Virus record (IMG/VR): IMGVR_UViG_3300033150_001690
Origin: an uncultured virus (IMG/VR IMGVR_UViG_3300033150_001690)
Taxonomy: Duplodnaviria; Heunggongvirae; Uroviricota; Caudoviricetes
DNA: 64,000 bases
Strand: one strand, 5' to 3'
Shown here: piece by piece, positions 20,192 to 29,553 of the stretch
Position numbering within the stretch: the first letter of the stretch is position 1
Layout of the letters: the number at the start of each line of letters is the position of its first letter
The notes under the pieces: generated by a model
Told to the model about the DNA's origin: nothing
The model's database searches: none
The model's input: only the letters and a program-made list of their open reading frames with translations
Program-made: the position numbers and the translations under genes

Positions 20192-22063
20192 TTGAATTGT
20201 TCTATAGGAGGTATTGTTTATATGCGAGAGCATAGACCTGAGTTTATTAATAAAATAGTTACACAGAAGTTAAGTCAACTAGTAGAGGAGTATTTATATC
20301 AAAAGACCTGGAAGGTAAGAGAGAATGCTAATACAACATACTCTCTTCAGGCCTTAAACTTTCACATTTCTTCTGAAGTAATAGAGCAATATTGGTTAAA
20401 TTCAATATATAATGATCATACAGAATTGAAGAAGGCTCACTTGTCAGGAGACTTCCATATTCATGATCTACCAATTTTAGGACCATACTGTGTAGGATGG
20501 GATCTTCAAGATCTATTAATGACAGGTTTTACAGGAGTCCCTGGTAAGATAACTTCTAAACCTGCTAAACACTTTAGATCAGCACTAGGGCAAGTAGTGA
20601 ACTTCTTCTTCACTCTTCAAGGAGAAGCAGCGGGTGCACAGGCCTTTAGTAACTTTGATACTTATTTAGCTCCATTTATTAAATATGATCGTTTATCATA
20701 TAAACAGGTCAAACAGTCTCTTCAGGAGTTTCTATTCAACATTAATATTCCTACTAGAGTAGGATTTCAATCTCCTTTTACTAATATTACTCTAGATCTT
20801 GAAGTACCTAAGTTTATGAAGGATGAACCTGTTATAATAGGAGGTAAAGTAATGGATGCTCCTAGAAGTGACTTCCAAGAAGAAATGAATATGTTTAACA
20901 AGGCATTGTTTGAACTAATGGAGGAAGGAGACGGAGTAGGAAGAGTATTCACATTTCCCATACCTACTATTAATATCTCCAAAGACTTTAATTGGAATAA
21001 TGAAGTAACAGAGGCATTATTTAGAATGACCAATAAGTTTGGTATTCCCTACTTCGCTAACTTTGTTAATTCTAATCTTAATCCTGAAGATGTAAGAAGT
21101 ATGTGTTGTCATCTTCGTTTAGATAAGAGAGAGTTGAAGAAGAGAGGAGGAGGTCTCTTTGGAGCTAATCCATTAACAGGAAGTATAGGTGTAGTTACTA
21201 TCAATATGCCTAGAATAGGATATTTATCTAAAGATGAAGACGACTTCTTTGAAAGATTAGATCATTTAATGATCTTAGCTAAACAGGCATTAATGATCAA
21301 AAGACAACTTCTAGAGAAGTTAACAGATCAAGGTCTCTATCCATATTCTAAGTTTTATCTTCGTATGATTAAACAGAGATATAAAGAATATTGGAAGAAC
21401 CACTTCAATACTATTGGTCTAGTTGGGATGAACGAGGCCTGTCTTAACTTTCTGGGAGAACCAATATGTGAAAATACTGCTCTTCAGTTCTCTATTAAAG
21501 TGTTGAATTACATGAGAAGAAGACTTCAGGACTTCCAACAGGAGACCGGAGATATATTTAACTTAGAAGCTACTCCTGCTGAAGGAGCTAGTTATAGACT
21601 AGCTAAACTAGACAAGGAGAAGTATCCTAAGATAATAGTAGCTAATGAGAAGTACCTGTCTAAAGGATATAAGCCATTTTATACTAACTCTACTCAACTT
21701 CCTGTTGATCTAGAATTAGATGTTTTTGATGCTATAGCTCTTCAAGAAGAACTTCAAACATTATACACTGGAGGTACAGTATTTCATATTTATCTAGGAG
21801 AGAAGCTATACTCCTGGAGATCAACTTCTACTTTGATTAAACAGGTAGTGACCAGGTCACGAATTCCTTACTTTACATTAACTCCTACATTTAGTATCTG
21901 TCCTCAACATGGCTATATTTCAGGAAAGCACAACAACTGTCCTGGATGTGGAGCAAAATGTGAAGTGTACTCAAGAGTTGTAGGCTACCTGAGACCGGTT
22001 GACCAGTGGAATGACGGGAAACAAGCGGAGTTCTTTATTAGACATACCTTCGATCAATCATAA
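20192..22063 (+). CDS. nrdD: Anaerobic (class III) ribonucleoside-triphosphate reductase; start probably ATG 20222
   Basis: HIHDL, SMCC, EATPAEG, C-terminal Zn site and glycyl-radical motif YSRVVGYLRPV. Confidence 0.95.
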   Translation: MNCSIGGIVYMREHRPEFINKIVTQKLSQLVEEYLYQKTWKVRENANTTYSLQALNFHISSEVIEQYWLNSIYNDHTELKKAHLSGDFHIHDLPILGPYCVGWDLQDLLMTGFTGVPGKITSKPAKHFRSALGQVVNFFFTLQGEAAGAQAFSNFDTYLAPFIKYDRLSYKQVKQSLQEFLFNINIPTRVGFQSPFTNITLDLEVPKFMKDEPVIIGGKVMDAPRSDFQEEMNMFNKALFELMEEGDGVGRVFTFPIPTINISKDFNWNNEVTEALFRMTNKFGIPYFANFVNSNLNPEDVRSMCCHLRLDKRELKKRGGGLFGANPLTGSIGVVTINMPRIGYLSKDEDDFFERLDHLMILAKQALMIKRQLLEKLTDQGLYPYSKFYLRMIKQRYKEYWKNHFNTIGLVGMNEACLNFLGEPICENTALQFSIKVLNYMRRRLQDFQQETGDIFNLEATPAEGASYRLAKLDKEKYPKIIVANEKYLSKGYKPFYTNSTQLPVDLELDVFDAIALQEELQTLYTGGTVFHIYLGEKLYSWRSTSTLIKQVVTRSRIPYFTLTPTFSICPQHGYISGKHNNCPGCGAKCEVYSRVVGYLRPVDQWNDGKQAEFFIRHTFDQS

Positions 22064-22096
22064 TCTTTTTATATCTCTTTTTTAATTTGTTTGTTT
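22064..22096 (+). terminator. T-rich archaeal-type terminator
   Basis: TCTTTTT...CTTTTTTAATTTGTTTGTTT directly after the nrdD stop. Confidence 0.5.
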
Positions 22097-22109
22097 AGGT
22101 GAATTTAAA

Positions 22110-22763
22110 ATGGCGGGATTATCTAGTTTGGATATAGTCTTTTATTATACAGGATCAGCTACTGGTCCAAGTAACAATACTTTATCACTAGGAGGGACTA
22201 TTGGATCGGCCACTATACCCGATAACACGGCCAACAATATATTTGATGATGTGACAGGTGATGAATCTCAAAATGGAGATACTGAATATCGAGCTATAGC
22301 TGTCTATGCTGATACAGTCAACTCAGGTGGATCATATGACATGTTAAATACTAAGGTATGGATAACGGGATATAGTAGAGCAACTTCAGGAGCAGATACT
22401 ATTTACTTCGCATTAGAGAATCCTGACTTTGGAGCAAGTCCTGCTACTATTCAATCAATAGGAGATGAAAGTACTGCACCAAATACTGACATGTTTACTG
22501 TTAAAACAGGAGAAACGGTATCTTGGACAGAAGAAGGAAGTCCTTCTAATACACTAACATTTGGAACAGTTACTTCTCAACAATGGTTTGCTATATGGTT
22601 GAAGAGAGTAGTCCCTGAGACGGCGAGTGCTTTTAGTAATAGAAGTTGTACCATTAAGGTCCAGTGTGAGACCACTGCTAGTCCTTTCACAGTAGTTGTA
22701 GAACGGGAATACGTTGTTAATTGGGGTCCTTCAGGGGCTTTATCAGTTGTTCAAGTGGCTTAA
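22110..22763 (+). CDS. Virion structural protein (tail/fibre associated)
   Basis: S/T/G-rich beta protein; SLGG...NIFDDVTGDE...GDTEYR and IWLKRVV motifs as seen in tailed-virus structural proteins. Confidence 0.6.
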   Translation: MAGLSSLDIVFYYTGSATGPSNNTLSLGGTIGSATIPDNTANNIFDDVTGDESQNGDTEYRAIAVYADTVNSGGSYDMLNTKVWITGYSRATSGADTIYFALENPDFGASPATIQSIGDESTAPNTDMFTVKTGETVSWTEEGSPSNTLTFGTVTSQQWFAIWLKRVVPETASAFSNRSCTIKVQCETTASPFTVVVEREYVVNWGPSGALSVVQVA

Positions 22764-23019
22764 GAATAAACTAGGAGACAAGCTCAGTGGATGGACCTCA
22801 TATGGCATTCTGAGACCATGTTATAGATGTGTATATGCTAAATCTCATGAACCTGTTCTAATTTTTTCTCTTCATAGAGGTCCTAGAGTAATAGTTAATT
22901 TAGAAGGTAATACTTATGTTAGACAAGGGAAATGTTTAGGTTTTAGAAATTGTGGAAGATGTTTTGAACAGGCAAAGAAGAGGGATCCTTCTCTTCCCTG
23001 TACTTGGAAGAAGATATAG
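22714..23019 (+). CDS. Small Cys-rich protein (possible metal-binding fibre chaperone)
   Basis: CYRC and GKC-x5-CGRC; start uncertain. Confidence 0.45.
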   Translation: MLIGVLQGLYQLFKWLKNKLGDKLSGWTSYGILRPCYRCVYAKSHEPVLIFSLHRGPRVIVNLEGNTYVRQGKCLGFRNCGRCFEQAKKRDPSLPCTWKKI

Positions 23020-23062
23020 TTTTATACTAATTCTATCAATAGATAAATAGAGGGATAACTGA

Positions 23063-24895
23063 ATGGTCAAGTATGAAACTATTAATCCAATTGAAGATGC
23101 ATATATTAATGCTCAGTATCCAGATACTAACTATGGTTCTGCTTCTTCCTTGGTACTTGGTTATTGGAATTATCGAAAAAACATTTATCTTAAGTTTACT
23201 ATTCCATCTCATTTTTCAAGCACTTTAGAATTATATGAGTATGATTACAATTATACCGATTCGTCTTTGTCTTTTAAGATCCAACAATGTTCTAATAATT
23301 GGAATGAAACTTCAATTACTTGGAACAACACTCCAAGTCCATTTGGAAGTACTCTTTCAGTGAGTTGGAGTACTGTGTCAGGTTGGCATCAAGTAGATAT
23401 CACTTCTCTTATTTCTACTTTACCTTCAGGATCAACAGTTAGTTTAGTCTTAATTTCTCCGACTTCCGGTCCTACAGATGATCTTCTTTTCTATTCTAGA
23501 GAAGCAGAAAATTATCATCCACGATTAATACTTGAAGTAAGGAGAAATGTGGAGAAGAGAATTTCTTCTAGTTATCTTGTACCTGCTACTAATCCACCTT
23601 CAGTTACATTTTTTGAGATAAATGGAAGTGGTGCTATCCAAACTCCTATTTCTTCAGCTAAGTACTATGTTAAAGATACTTGTAATCCTTCTTCAACTCT
23701 TAATCCAATTCCTGTTCCTTATCCTTATAATCAGGGATTTAATGGTACTGATTATCATTATTCTTATTGGAAACACTTTTTTGCTTCAATAACCGCTTCA
23801 GAAGGTACTATAGTTGAAGTTAGTGTTTATCCAGAAGATGCTTCACAATGGAAGAATAAACTAATAGTGGGTCTTAGAGATTCTGGAGACAATGGATGCC
23901 CAATTGGAAGTTATCAAGTAGCTAATGGGACAGAAGTTACAGGATTTCCAATTAATAGTAATTTACCAGGATCTTTAGGTCATGCTTACTATAGAGATCA
24001 AACAACAGGAGTAGGAACAATTGATTCTTATTCTAACACTTGTCCACTAATAATTGACACTTCAACAGGAATTGTTTTAACTTCTAAATGTTTAGTATCT
24101 CAGCTTAAAATCCCAGTAATGGCAGTATCAAGAAGTTATTGGGGAACAGGACCTAAAGATGTATTAAAGAGGTCCTTAGGAGAGAAGGTATTAATTTGGA
24201 CAATAAAAGAATCAAGATCAGATGGTACTTTTCCTTTTCACTTTAAATTAACATTAAATGCCGAGATATGCTCCTTAACAATTCCTGTTCTTCCAATTAA
24301 AGCATCTATAAGTATGTTTGGAATATCCGGAGAGATCTCTTCAGGGACTCTAAGAGCGTGGGATGATGAGAATTGTTCTACAGCTCTTGATGAAATATTT
24401 ACAGGTACTTCATATTTTGGAGATAACTCTATGTTAAGAGCATGTGTTACAGCTGAGAATGTGTCATTCTCATCAACTCTTGGATCTTTTCCTCCTGGTT
24501 GGGAGGAAGATGCTCCTTCTAGTCTTCAGTTCCAGTTACGTGGTACTCAAAGGGTTATTACTTTTGGATCTATAGATGAAGGAAACATGACCAGATTTGC
24601 TATTAGATTAATGACTCCATATGATATGAAGAAGAGAGGAGAAGTAAAAGCTTATCTTGAGATAGTAGGAGAAGAGTCTGGAGAGCATACTATATATTGG
24701 AATGTAGGAAGTGATTCTTCTCCTGTCTGGGTCCCTTCGAACTCTTTCTTCTTTGCTAGTTCTTTAACTGGATATAGAAGAGTAAGCTGGGAGTACCCAA
24801 CTGAGGGAAGAATATATGTTCCTTTAGCTTCCTTCTCTAGTACTCTTAATAAAGTATTTATTATATATGATAGAGATGCTCCAGAGGTGACATGA
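23063..24895 (+). CDS. Fibre/adhesin with N-terminal DNRLRE/CBM96-like domain
   Basis: EDAYIN-x2-YPDTNYG, WNE-x2-ITWNN-x-P, FYSRE...PRL motifs. Confidence 0.72.
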   Translation: MVKYETINPIEDAYINAQYPDTNYGSASSLVLGYWNYRKNIYLKFTIPSHFSSTLELYEYDYNYTDSSLSFKIQQCSNNWNETSITWNNTPSPFGSTLSVSWSTVSGWHQVDITSLISTLPSGSTVSLVLISPTSGPTDDLLFYSREAENYHPRLILEVRRNVEKRISSSYLVPATNPPSVTFFEINGSGAIQTPISSAKYYVKDTCNPSSTLNPIPVPYPYNQGFNGTDYHYSYWKHFFASITASEGTIVEVSVYPEDASQWKNKLIVGLRDSGDNGCPIGSYQVANGTEVTGFPINSNLPGSLGHAYYRDQTTGVGTIDSYSNTCPLIIDTSTGIVLTSKCLVSQLKIPVMAVSRSYWGTGPKDVLKRSLGEKVLIWTIKESRSDGTFPFHFKLTLNAEICSLTIPVLPIKASISMFGISGEISSGTLRAWDDENCSTALDEIFTGTSYFGDNSMLRACVTAENVSFSSTLGSFPPGWEEDAPSSLQFQLRGTQRVITFGSIDEGNMTRFAIRLMTPYDMKKRGEVKAYLEIVGEESGEHTIYWNVGSDSSPVWVPSNSFFFASSLTGYRRVSWEYPTEGRIYVPLASFSSTLNKVFIIYDRDAPEVT

Positions 24896-24896
24896 T

Positions 24897-27266
24897 ATGG
24901 TATGTGAAGCATGTGTAAGAAAACTTCAGGATAGATTAATTAAAAGGTATCATTTATCGACAGAGAAGGCCTATAAACTAGCTTATTCAGCTATTCAGCG
25001 GGTCGAGCTTAGAAAAAGAAAGGATCTATTAGATGGAATAATAGCTAATCTGATGAGTTTGGATCTATTTCCTAGAGTAAAGAAAGAGGAGAAGGCATTC
25101 AGATTAACAATTGATAATTTAACGAAGGATCAAATTGATAAATTAATTCATAAGACCAGGAAGGTATTTAGAGTTTTTCGTACTGGAGAATTTGTTACCA
25201 TTCTTGCTGTTTATCCGGGTATTTTGTTAGAAGGAAGAACTAACATACTTTGGAAGAAGAGAAGAAGAGTTCTAAAGAAGGGAAGATATTTTCATATCCG
25301 GGATATTTACAATAAAACATATAACAGAATAGAAGAGACTTTATTACCTAAAGATATAGATCCTGATTATAGTCAGAGTTGTCAAAAAGCAGGTTCTTGT
25401 TATTGTTCTTCTTCTTTGTTTACTTGTAGGTTTGATTTTCAATGTGTTGTCAACGAGTGTAGTTACTCATGTCCAGATCCTTCTGATCCAAATAGTAGTT
25501 TAGTAGGTAATGATTGTAGTGTTGGAAACAATTACAATTGTGCTTGCGGGGCAAATGGTTATTGTATAGATAATAGAACATGTACTTGTACTGTTTCAGG
25601 AAATTGTTATTATAAGTGCAATGAAGGATACTACTGGGATGGAAGTCAATGTGTACCTTTAATATCTAGAGTATTATCATTTATTCAGAAAGTTAAAAGG
25701 AAGTTCTCTCATAAGATAGAGATAAGAAGAACTTCTGTCCCTGAGTTCTCTGTTATTACTTCTGATATAGACACTGAGATCTTAGGAGGAGGATATCCAG
25801 CTAACGCTGTATTTCCTCATAATAAACGGGCCTGGGTATATGGTGGTTATTGGATTGTCTTCTTTACAGCTGCTAATAAGAAAGTAAAATATGCTGTAAC
25901 TTATGACCAGGAGAATTGGTCTATTTACGATACTCCTCTTCCTATATCTGACGGAGGATATGTTTCTTCATGGTTACATGGAAATACATTTGAAGTTTGT
26001 GGTAATTCTATTTATGTTCAGGGGACTTTTAGTGTCAATAAAGGATCTATTGATTGGAACTCTTGTTCTACTTTTGCTACTTCAGGATTGGCAAGATTTG
26101 GTAAGATATGTTCTACTCCAGATGGTTATATCTGGATAGCATATAGAGATGGTAATCCTCCAGCTACGTTTAAGGTTGATACAACCGAATACAAAGATGG
26201 AAGTTCATGGTCTTCTAGATCTGGATTTCCTAAGTCTCTTGATACTGCTACTTACACTGGAATTGCTTCAGTTCTTGTTGAACCTGCTAGTGAAAATGGT
26301 GTATATGTCTTTGAAGTTTGTTCAGAACTTACAACGAACGATTATATAGATCAAACAATTAGTTTAGTCACAGGGAGATATGTTGATCCTAACACTATTG
26401 GTCCAAAAGAAACAATTGCTAAAATATGGGAGCATCCTTCTTGCAATTCTGCAATTGACCCAGGAAACACTATATGGTTTGTTTCTTATCAGGGAGCTAG
26501 TAGAGGAAGTTTGTATTGTAGAGCTCCAGGAACTAATTCTACTTGGGTCTTTAAGGGAACTGTAAATAATGGTTATATTTTACAACCTGGATTTGCAATT
26601 CCCAATTCATCTATAGGTTACATGTTCTGGTTAGAAGGTTGGAGTGTTGACAATGAACTTGGATGGTACGAAACAATTGATCTGATTAATGGTTCTCTCA
26701 ATCCTGCTATGCCAATTCATGATGGACATAATTTCTTCTGGAGAGAATACTTCTTAACATGCAGTCAAAACCATCCGTATGAAGTCTTTGGCGTAGGAGC
26801 AGCAAAGGATCAAGAAGGAAACACTCGTTTAATTGCAAATATTATAGCTTGGAAGAGATTTATTAAAAAAGAAAGACCAATAACTTTTGCTATAAGAAAA
26901 ATAAAGAGTGCTATTCAAACAGTATCTTTTCTTCTAAAGAACTTAGCTGAAAGAATTATAAGTACCTTGCATGTTGAAGAAGACTATATTTTATCTGTTG
27001 ATGTTAATCCAACTGTTGTTATTAGAGAGACTTCAGAATATGTTCAGTTGAGAGCTGATTGGTCAGCATCTGGAGATAAACCTGCTTCTTCCTTCTCCTG
27101 TAAGTTTTATGTTAGAGATGAAAACAATACTGTTTATGGACCGTATTCGGGAACAGTTGTAAAAGAAGGCTATAATAAATACTATGCTACTTATAATTTA
27201 GATCCAGATAACTCATTTCTTCTAGGAAAGTATGATGTTAAAGCTGAAGTGGACTTCTTAGGGTAA
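24897..27266 (+). CDS. Multidomain fibre/receptor-binding protein (basic N-terminus, 16-Cys module, beta-rich domain, Ig-like C-terminus)
   Basis: Composition and position among structural genes; C-terminal GKYDVKAEV Ig-like strand. Confidence 0.6.
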   Translation: MVCEACVRKLQDRLIKRYHLSTEKAYKLAYSAIQRVELRKRKDLLDGIIANLMSLDLFPRVKKEEKAFRLTIDNLTKDQIDKLIHKTRKVFRVFRTGEFVTILAVYPGILLEGRTNILWKKRRRVLKKGRYFHIRDIYNKTYNRIEETLLPKDIDPDYSQSCQKAGSCYCSSSLFTCRFDFQCVVNECSYSCPDPSDPNSSLVGNDCSVGNNYNCACGANGYCIDNRTCTCTVSGNCYYKCNEGYYWDGSQCVPLISRVLSFIQKVKRKFSHKIEIRRTSVPEFSVITSDIDTEILGGGYPANAVFPHNKRAWVYGGYWIVFFTAANKKVKYAVTYDQENWSIYDTPLPISDGGYVSSWLHGNTFEVCGNSIYVQGTFSVNKGSIDWNSCSTFATSGLARFGKICSTPDGYIWIAYRDGNPPATFKVDTTEYKDGSSWSSRSGFPKSLDTATYTGIASVLVEPASENGVYVFEVCSELTTNDYIDQTISLVTGRYVDPNTIGPKETIAKIWEHPSCNSAIDPGNTIWFVSYQGASRGSLYCRAPGTNSTWVFKGTVNNGYILQPGFAIPNSSIGYMFWLEGWSVDNELGWYETIDLINGSLNPAMPIHDGHNFFWREYFLTCSQNHPYEVFGVGAAKDQEGNTRLIANIIAWKRFIKKERPITFAIRKIKSAIQTVSFLLKNLAERIISTLHVEEDYILSVDVNPTVVIRETSEYVQLRADWSASGDKPASSFSCKFYVRDENNTVYGPYSGTVVKEGYNKYYATYNLDPDNSFLLGKYDVKAEVDFLG

Positions 27267-27309
27267 AGGTTTATAGATATAAATATTTCTAAAATAGTAG
27301 GGATATACT

Positions 27310-29211
27310 ATGACTATGGAAGAAGAGAATCAAGATCCTGTAGAACGTGTTCTTTCTTATGGTTGGGAGGTATTGAAGATTCTAGCATGGCCTTTTGAGA
27401 ATTCATTAGATGTTTTTGAAGTACGAGGTCTAATTATAAAACTATCTTCTTTATTTCACTCTGTTAGGACAATAACATTTGGAGTATTATCTTTCATCTC
27501 CAAACTAAAGGCCTTTAGGAGACAAATTATAGGATACCTCTATTCTCTTGGTAGTTTGAGGACAACTATTTTAAGAATGGTCAACTCTGTTCTTGAATAC
27601 TCTAGTATTTTGCTTACTTCTAAACATCTATTAAAAGTAATTAGAAGTTATCAGCTAGGTCTGAAGTATTTTGTTAGAGTGTTCAGAAGTAGCCTTACTA
27701 GACTTCTGAATAGTGTGAGATCTTTCAGATCTCTGATGGTCTCTTCTAAATATCTTTTAGAGATACTTGTTTGTCGTTCATTAACACTCAAACACTATTT
27801 GAAGGTATTTATTTCTGGCCTGATAACTTCTTTTGATAATGTTTTAGTATTTATTTCCCAACTTCTTAAATTTATTTCAAATATTAGAGTTAATGTTGGC
27901 CTTTCTATTGTGTCTAGATTTCTTCTTAGACAATTCAAAAGTAAGATATTAAGATATGTCTATTCTCTTAAAGAGTTAAAGATCAGGTTAATTGATTTAA
28001 CCCACAAGATATTAATTATCTCTAGTAATTTTATCTCTTCTAAATATTTAATTCAGACCTTTGTTGGAGCAATACTATCATTGTGGTTTATTATTCGATC
28101 TTTTAGATCTTCAATTACTTCTCTTCTTTTTTCAATTAGATCTTTTAGAAGTGGCATTGTTGGAGGTGAATATCTTCTAAGGAATTTAAAGACAACTGGC
28201 CTAAGAATAAAGCATTCTCTTATAGGTATTATATCTCAAGTGAAGTTACTTAATTATTTGGTTGGTAATGTCAGAGCTAGATTAGTTGGGACCATCTGGA
28301 GAGCATACGCTAGAGTATTCTTAAGCTTCAGGACTTCTTACGTACTTAGAGAAATATCTTCTAAGGTCTTGTCTATTTCACATCTCTTAGTAAGATATGT
28401 TATTCAGACAATAGGACAACTCCACAAAGTTTTAAGCTTAGTTGAAGTTTCAATAACCTCTTTATTCAGGCTTAAAGAACTAGTTTCAGTATTAACTAGA
28501 CTAAGCTATTCTATTTTAAGACTAGTATACAACGTTTTATCTTCTTTCTTCTCTGTCCTGATCTTTAAAATAAGAAGTCTCTCCTTTAATTGGCTATCAA
28601 GACTATTAAGTTCTAAAAGTAAAACATTGGTCTATGGTCTTAGAAGTTTTTCTTCTAGAGTTATCAGGATGATACATTCTCTACTTCAATTAGGAGTTAT
28701 ATTCAGAAATCTGTCTTCACTTTATAGTCTTGCTCAGATCAGATTAGTAGTACTCTCTTTAGTTTCTAATGTTAGATCTTTTGTTTCTAAGATGATCAGT
28801 CTTCTTCAGAAGAACTTCGGTCTTCTGTGGAGAACAGTGAAGATTCTCTATACTCTTCCAGGTCAAGTATTTAGATTATTCACGATCATCTTTTCAAACC
28901 TGAATCTAAAAAGTGCTCTAATAACTTCTTCACATAATGTTCTTCATAAGATTGACAATTTATTAAATATTATCTATGAAGTTCTAAAATATCAAATAGT
29001 TGCAATGGTCTTAGGTCTAGAGTATTCTATGGTAGGAGTATTGTTTAGAGTATTTAGAGCTTCTTATACTGTTATTTACAAGTATTTAGAAGTTTTAACT
29101 GTTCTTATTAAAACACGACCGACTTCTATCTTGGTCAAGTTGAAGGATAGGGCTAAGTTAGTAAAAGAGAAGTTAAACCAAACATTTAAAAAGATCATAA
29201 CAGAAAAATAA
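27310..29211 (+). CDS. 14-residue-repeat protein, probable fibre shaft
   Basis: Regular 14-aa period with an aromatic/His residue at a fixed position; 42-nt DNA repeat at 28097/28139. Confidence 0.65.
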   Translation: MTMEEENQDPVERVLSYGWEVLKILAWPFENSLDVFEVRGLIIKLSSLFHSVRTITFGVLSFISKLKAFRRQIIGYLYSLGSLRTTILRMVNSVLEYSSILLTSKHLLKVIRSYQLGLKYFVRVFRSSLTRLLNSVRSFRSLMVSSKYLLEILVCRSLTLKHYLKVFISGLITSFDNVLVFISQLLKFISNIRVNVGLSIVSRFLLRQFKSKILRYVYSLKELKIRLIDLTHKILIISSNFISSKYLIQTFVGAILSLWFIIRSFRSSITSLLFSIRSFRSGIVGGEYLLRNLKTTGLRIKHSLIGIISQVKLLNYLVGNVRARLVGTIWRAYARVFLSFRTSYVLREISSKVLSISHLLVRYVIQTIGQLHKVLSLVEVSITSLFRLKELVSVLTRLSYSILRLVYNVLSSFFSVLIFKIRSLSFNWLSRLLSSKSKTLVYGLRSFSSRVIRMIHSLLQLGVIFRNLSSLYSLAQIRLVVLSLVSNVRSFVSKMISLLQKNFGLLWRTVKILYTLPGQVFRLFTIIFSNLNLKSALITSSHNVLHKIDNLLNIIYEVLKYQIVAMVLGLEYSMVGVLFRVFRASYTVIYKYLEVLTVLIKTRPTSILVKLKDRAKLVKEKLNQTFKKIITEK

Positions 29212-29217
29212 GAATAG

Positions 29218-29550
29218 GTGAAGAAATTGAGAACGTTAGTAGCAGGAGACATAGTTTATTTGGCCTATTATCTTAAAGAGAAAGATCTCATTACAGGGAG
29301 TATTTCTTATTTTGATATAACAAATGCTGATACTATTACTCTCAGAATAAGAGAATATGGATTATCTTCTAATACTATAGAGACAACCTGTCAAATAGTA
29401 ACAGGTACTTTAGGATATTGCAGAGCTAAGGTTACTGTTCCGATTGTTTCAACTCCTACTTATTATCAGGGAGAAGTGGAGGTAGTAAGTTCAGGTCAGA
29501 TTACAACGTGGAAGAATCTCAATTATTTAGTAACTCCTCAGCTGGGATAA
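29218..29550 (+). CDS. BppU-like/Ig-fold baseplate or fibre-attachment protein
   Basis: AGD...DITNA-x2-ITL...G...YQGEVEV pattern. Confidence 0.55.
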   Translation: MKKLRTLVAGDIVYLAYYLKEKDLITGSISYFDITNADTITLRIREYGLSSNTIETTCQIVTGTLGYCRAKVTVPIVSTPTYYQGEVEVVSSGQITTWKNLNYLVTPQLG

Positions 29551-29553
29551 GTT

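Noticed and set aside
27310..29211. Possibility that the 633-aa ORF is spurious or a polytopic membrane protein
   Set aside because: It is open for 1.9 kb in AT-rich DNA with strict 14-aa periodicity and regularly interspersed R/K, which fits a fibrous repeat better
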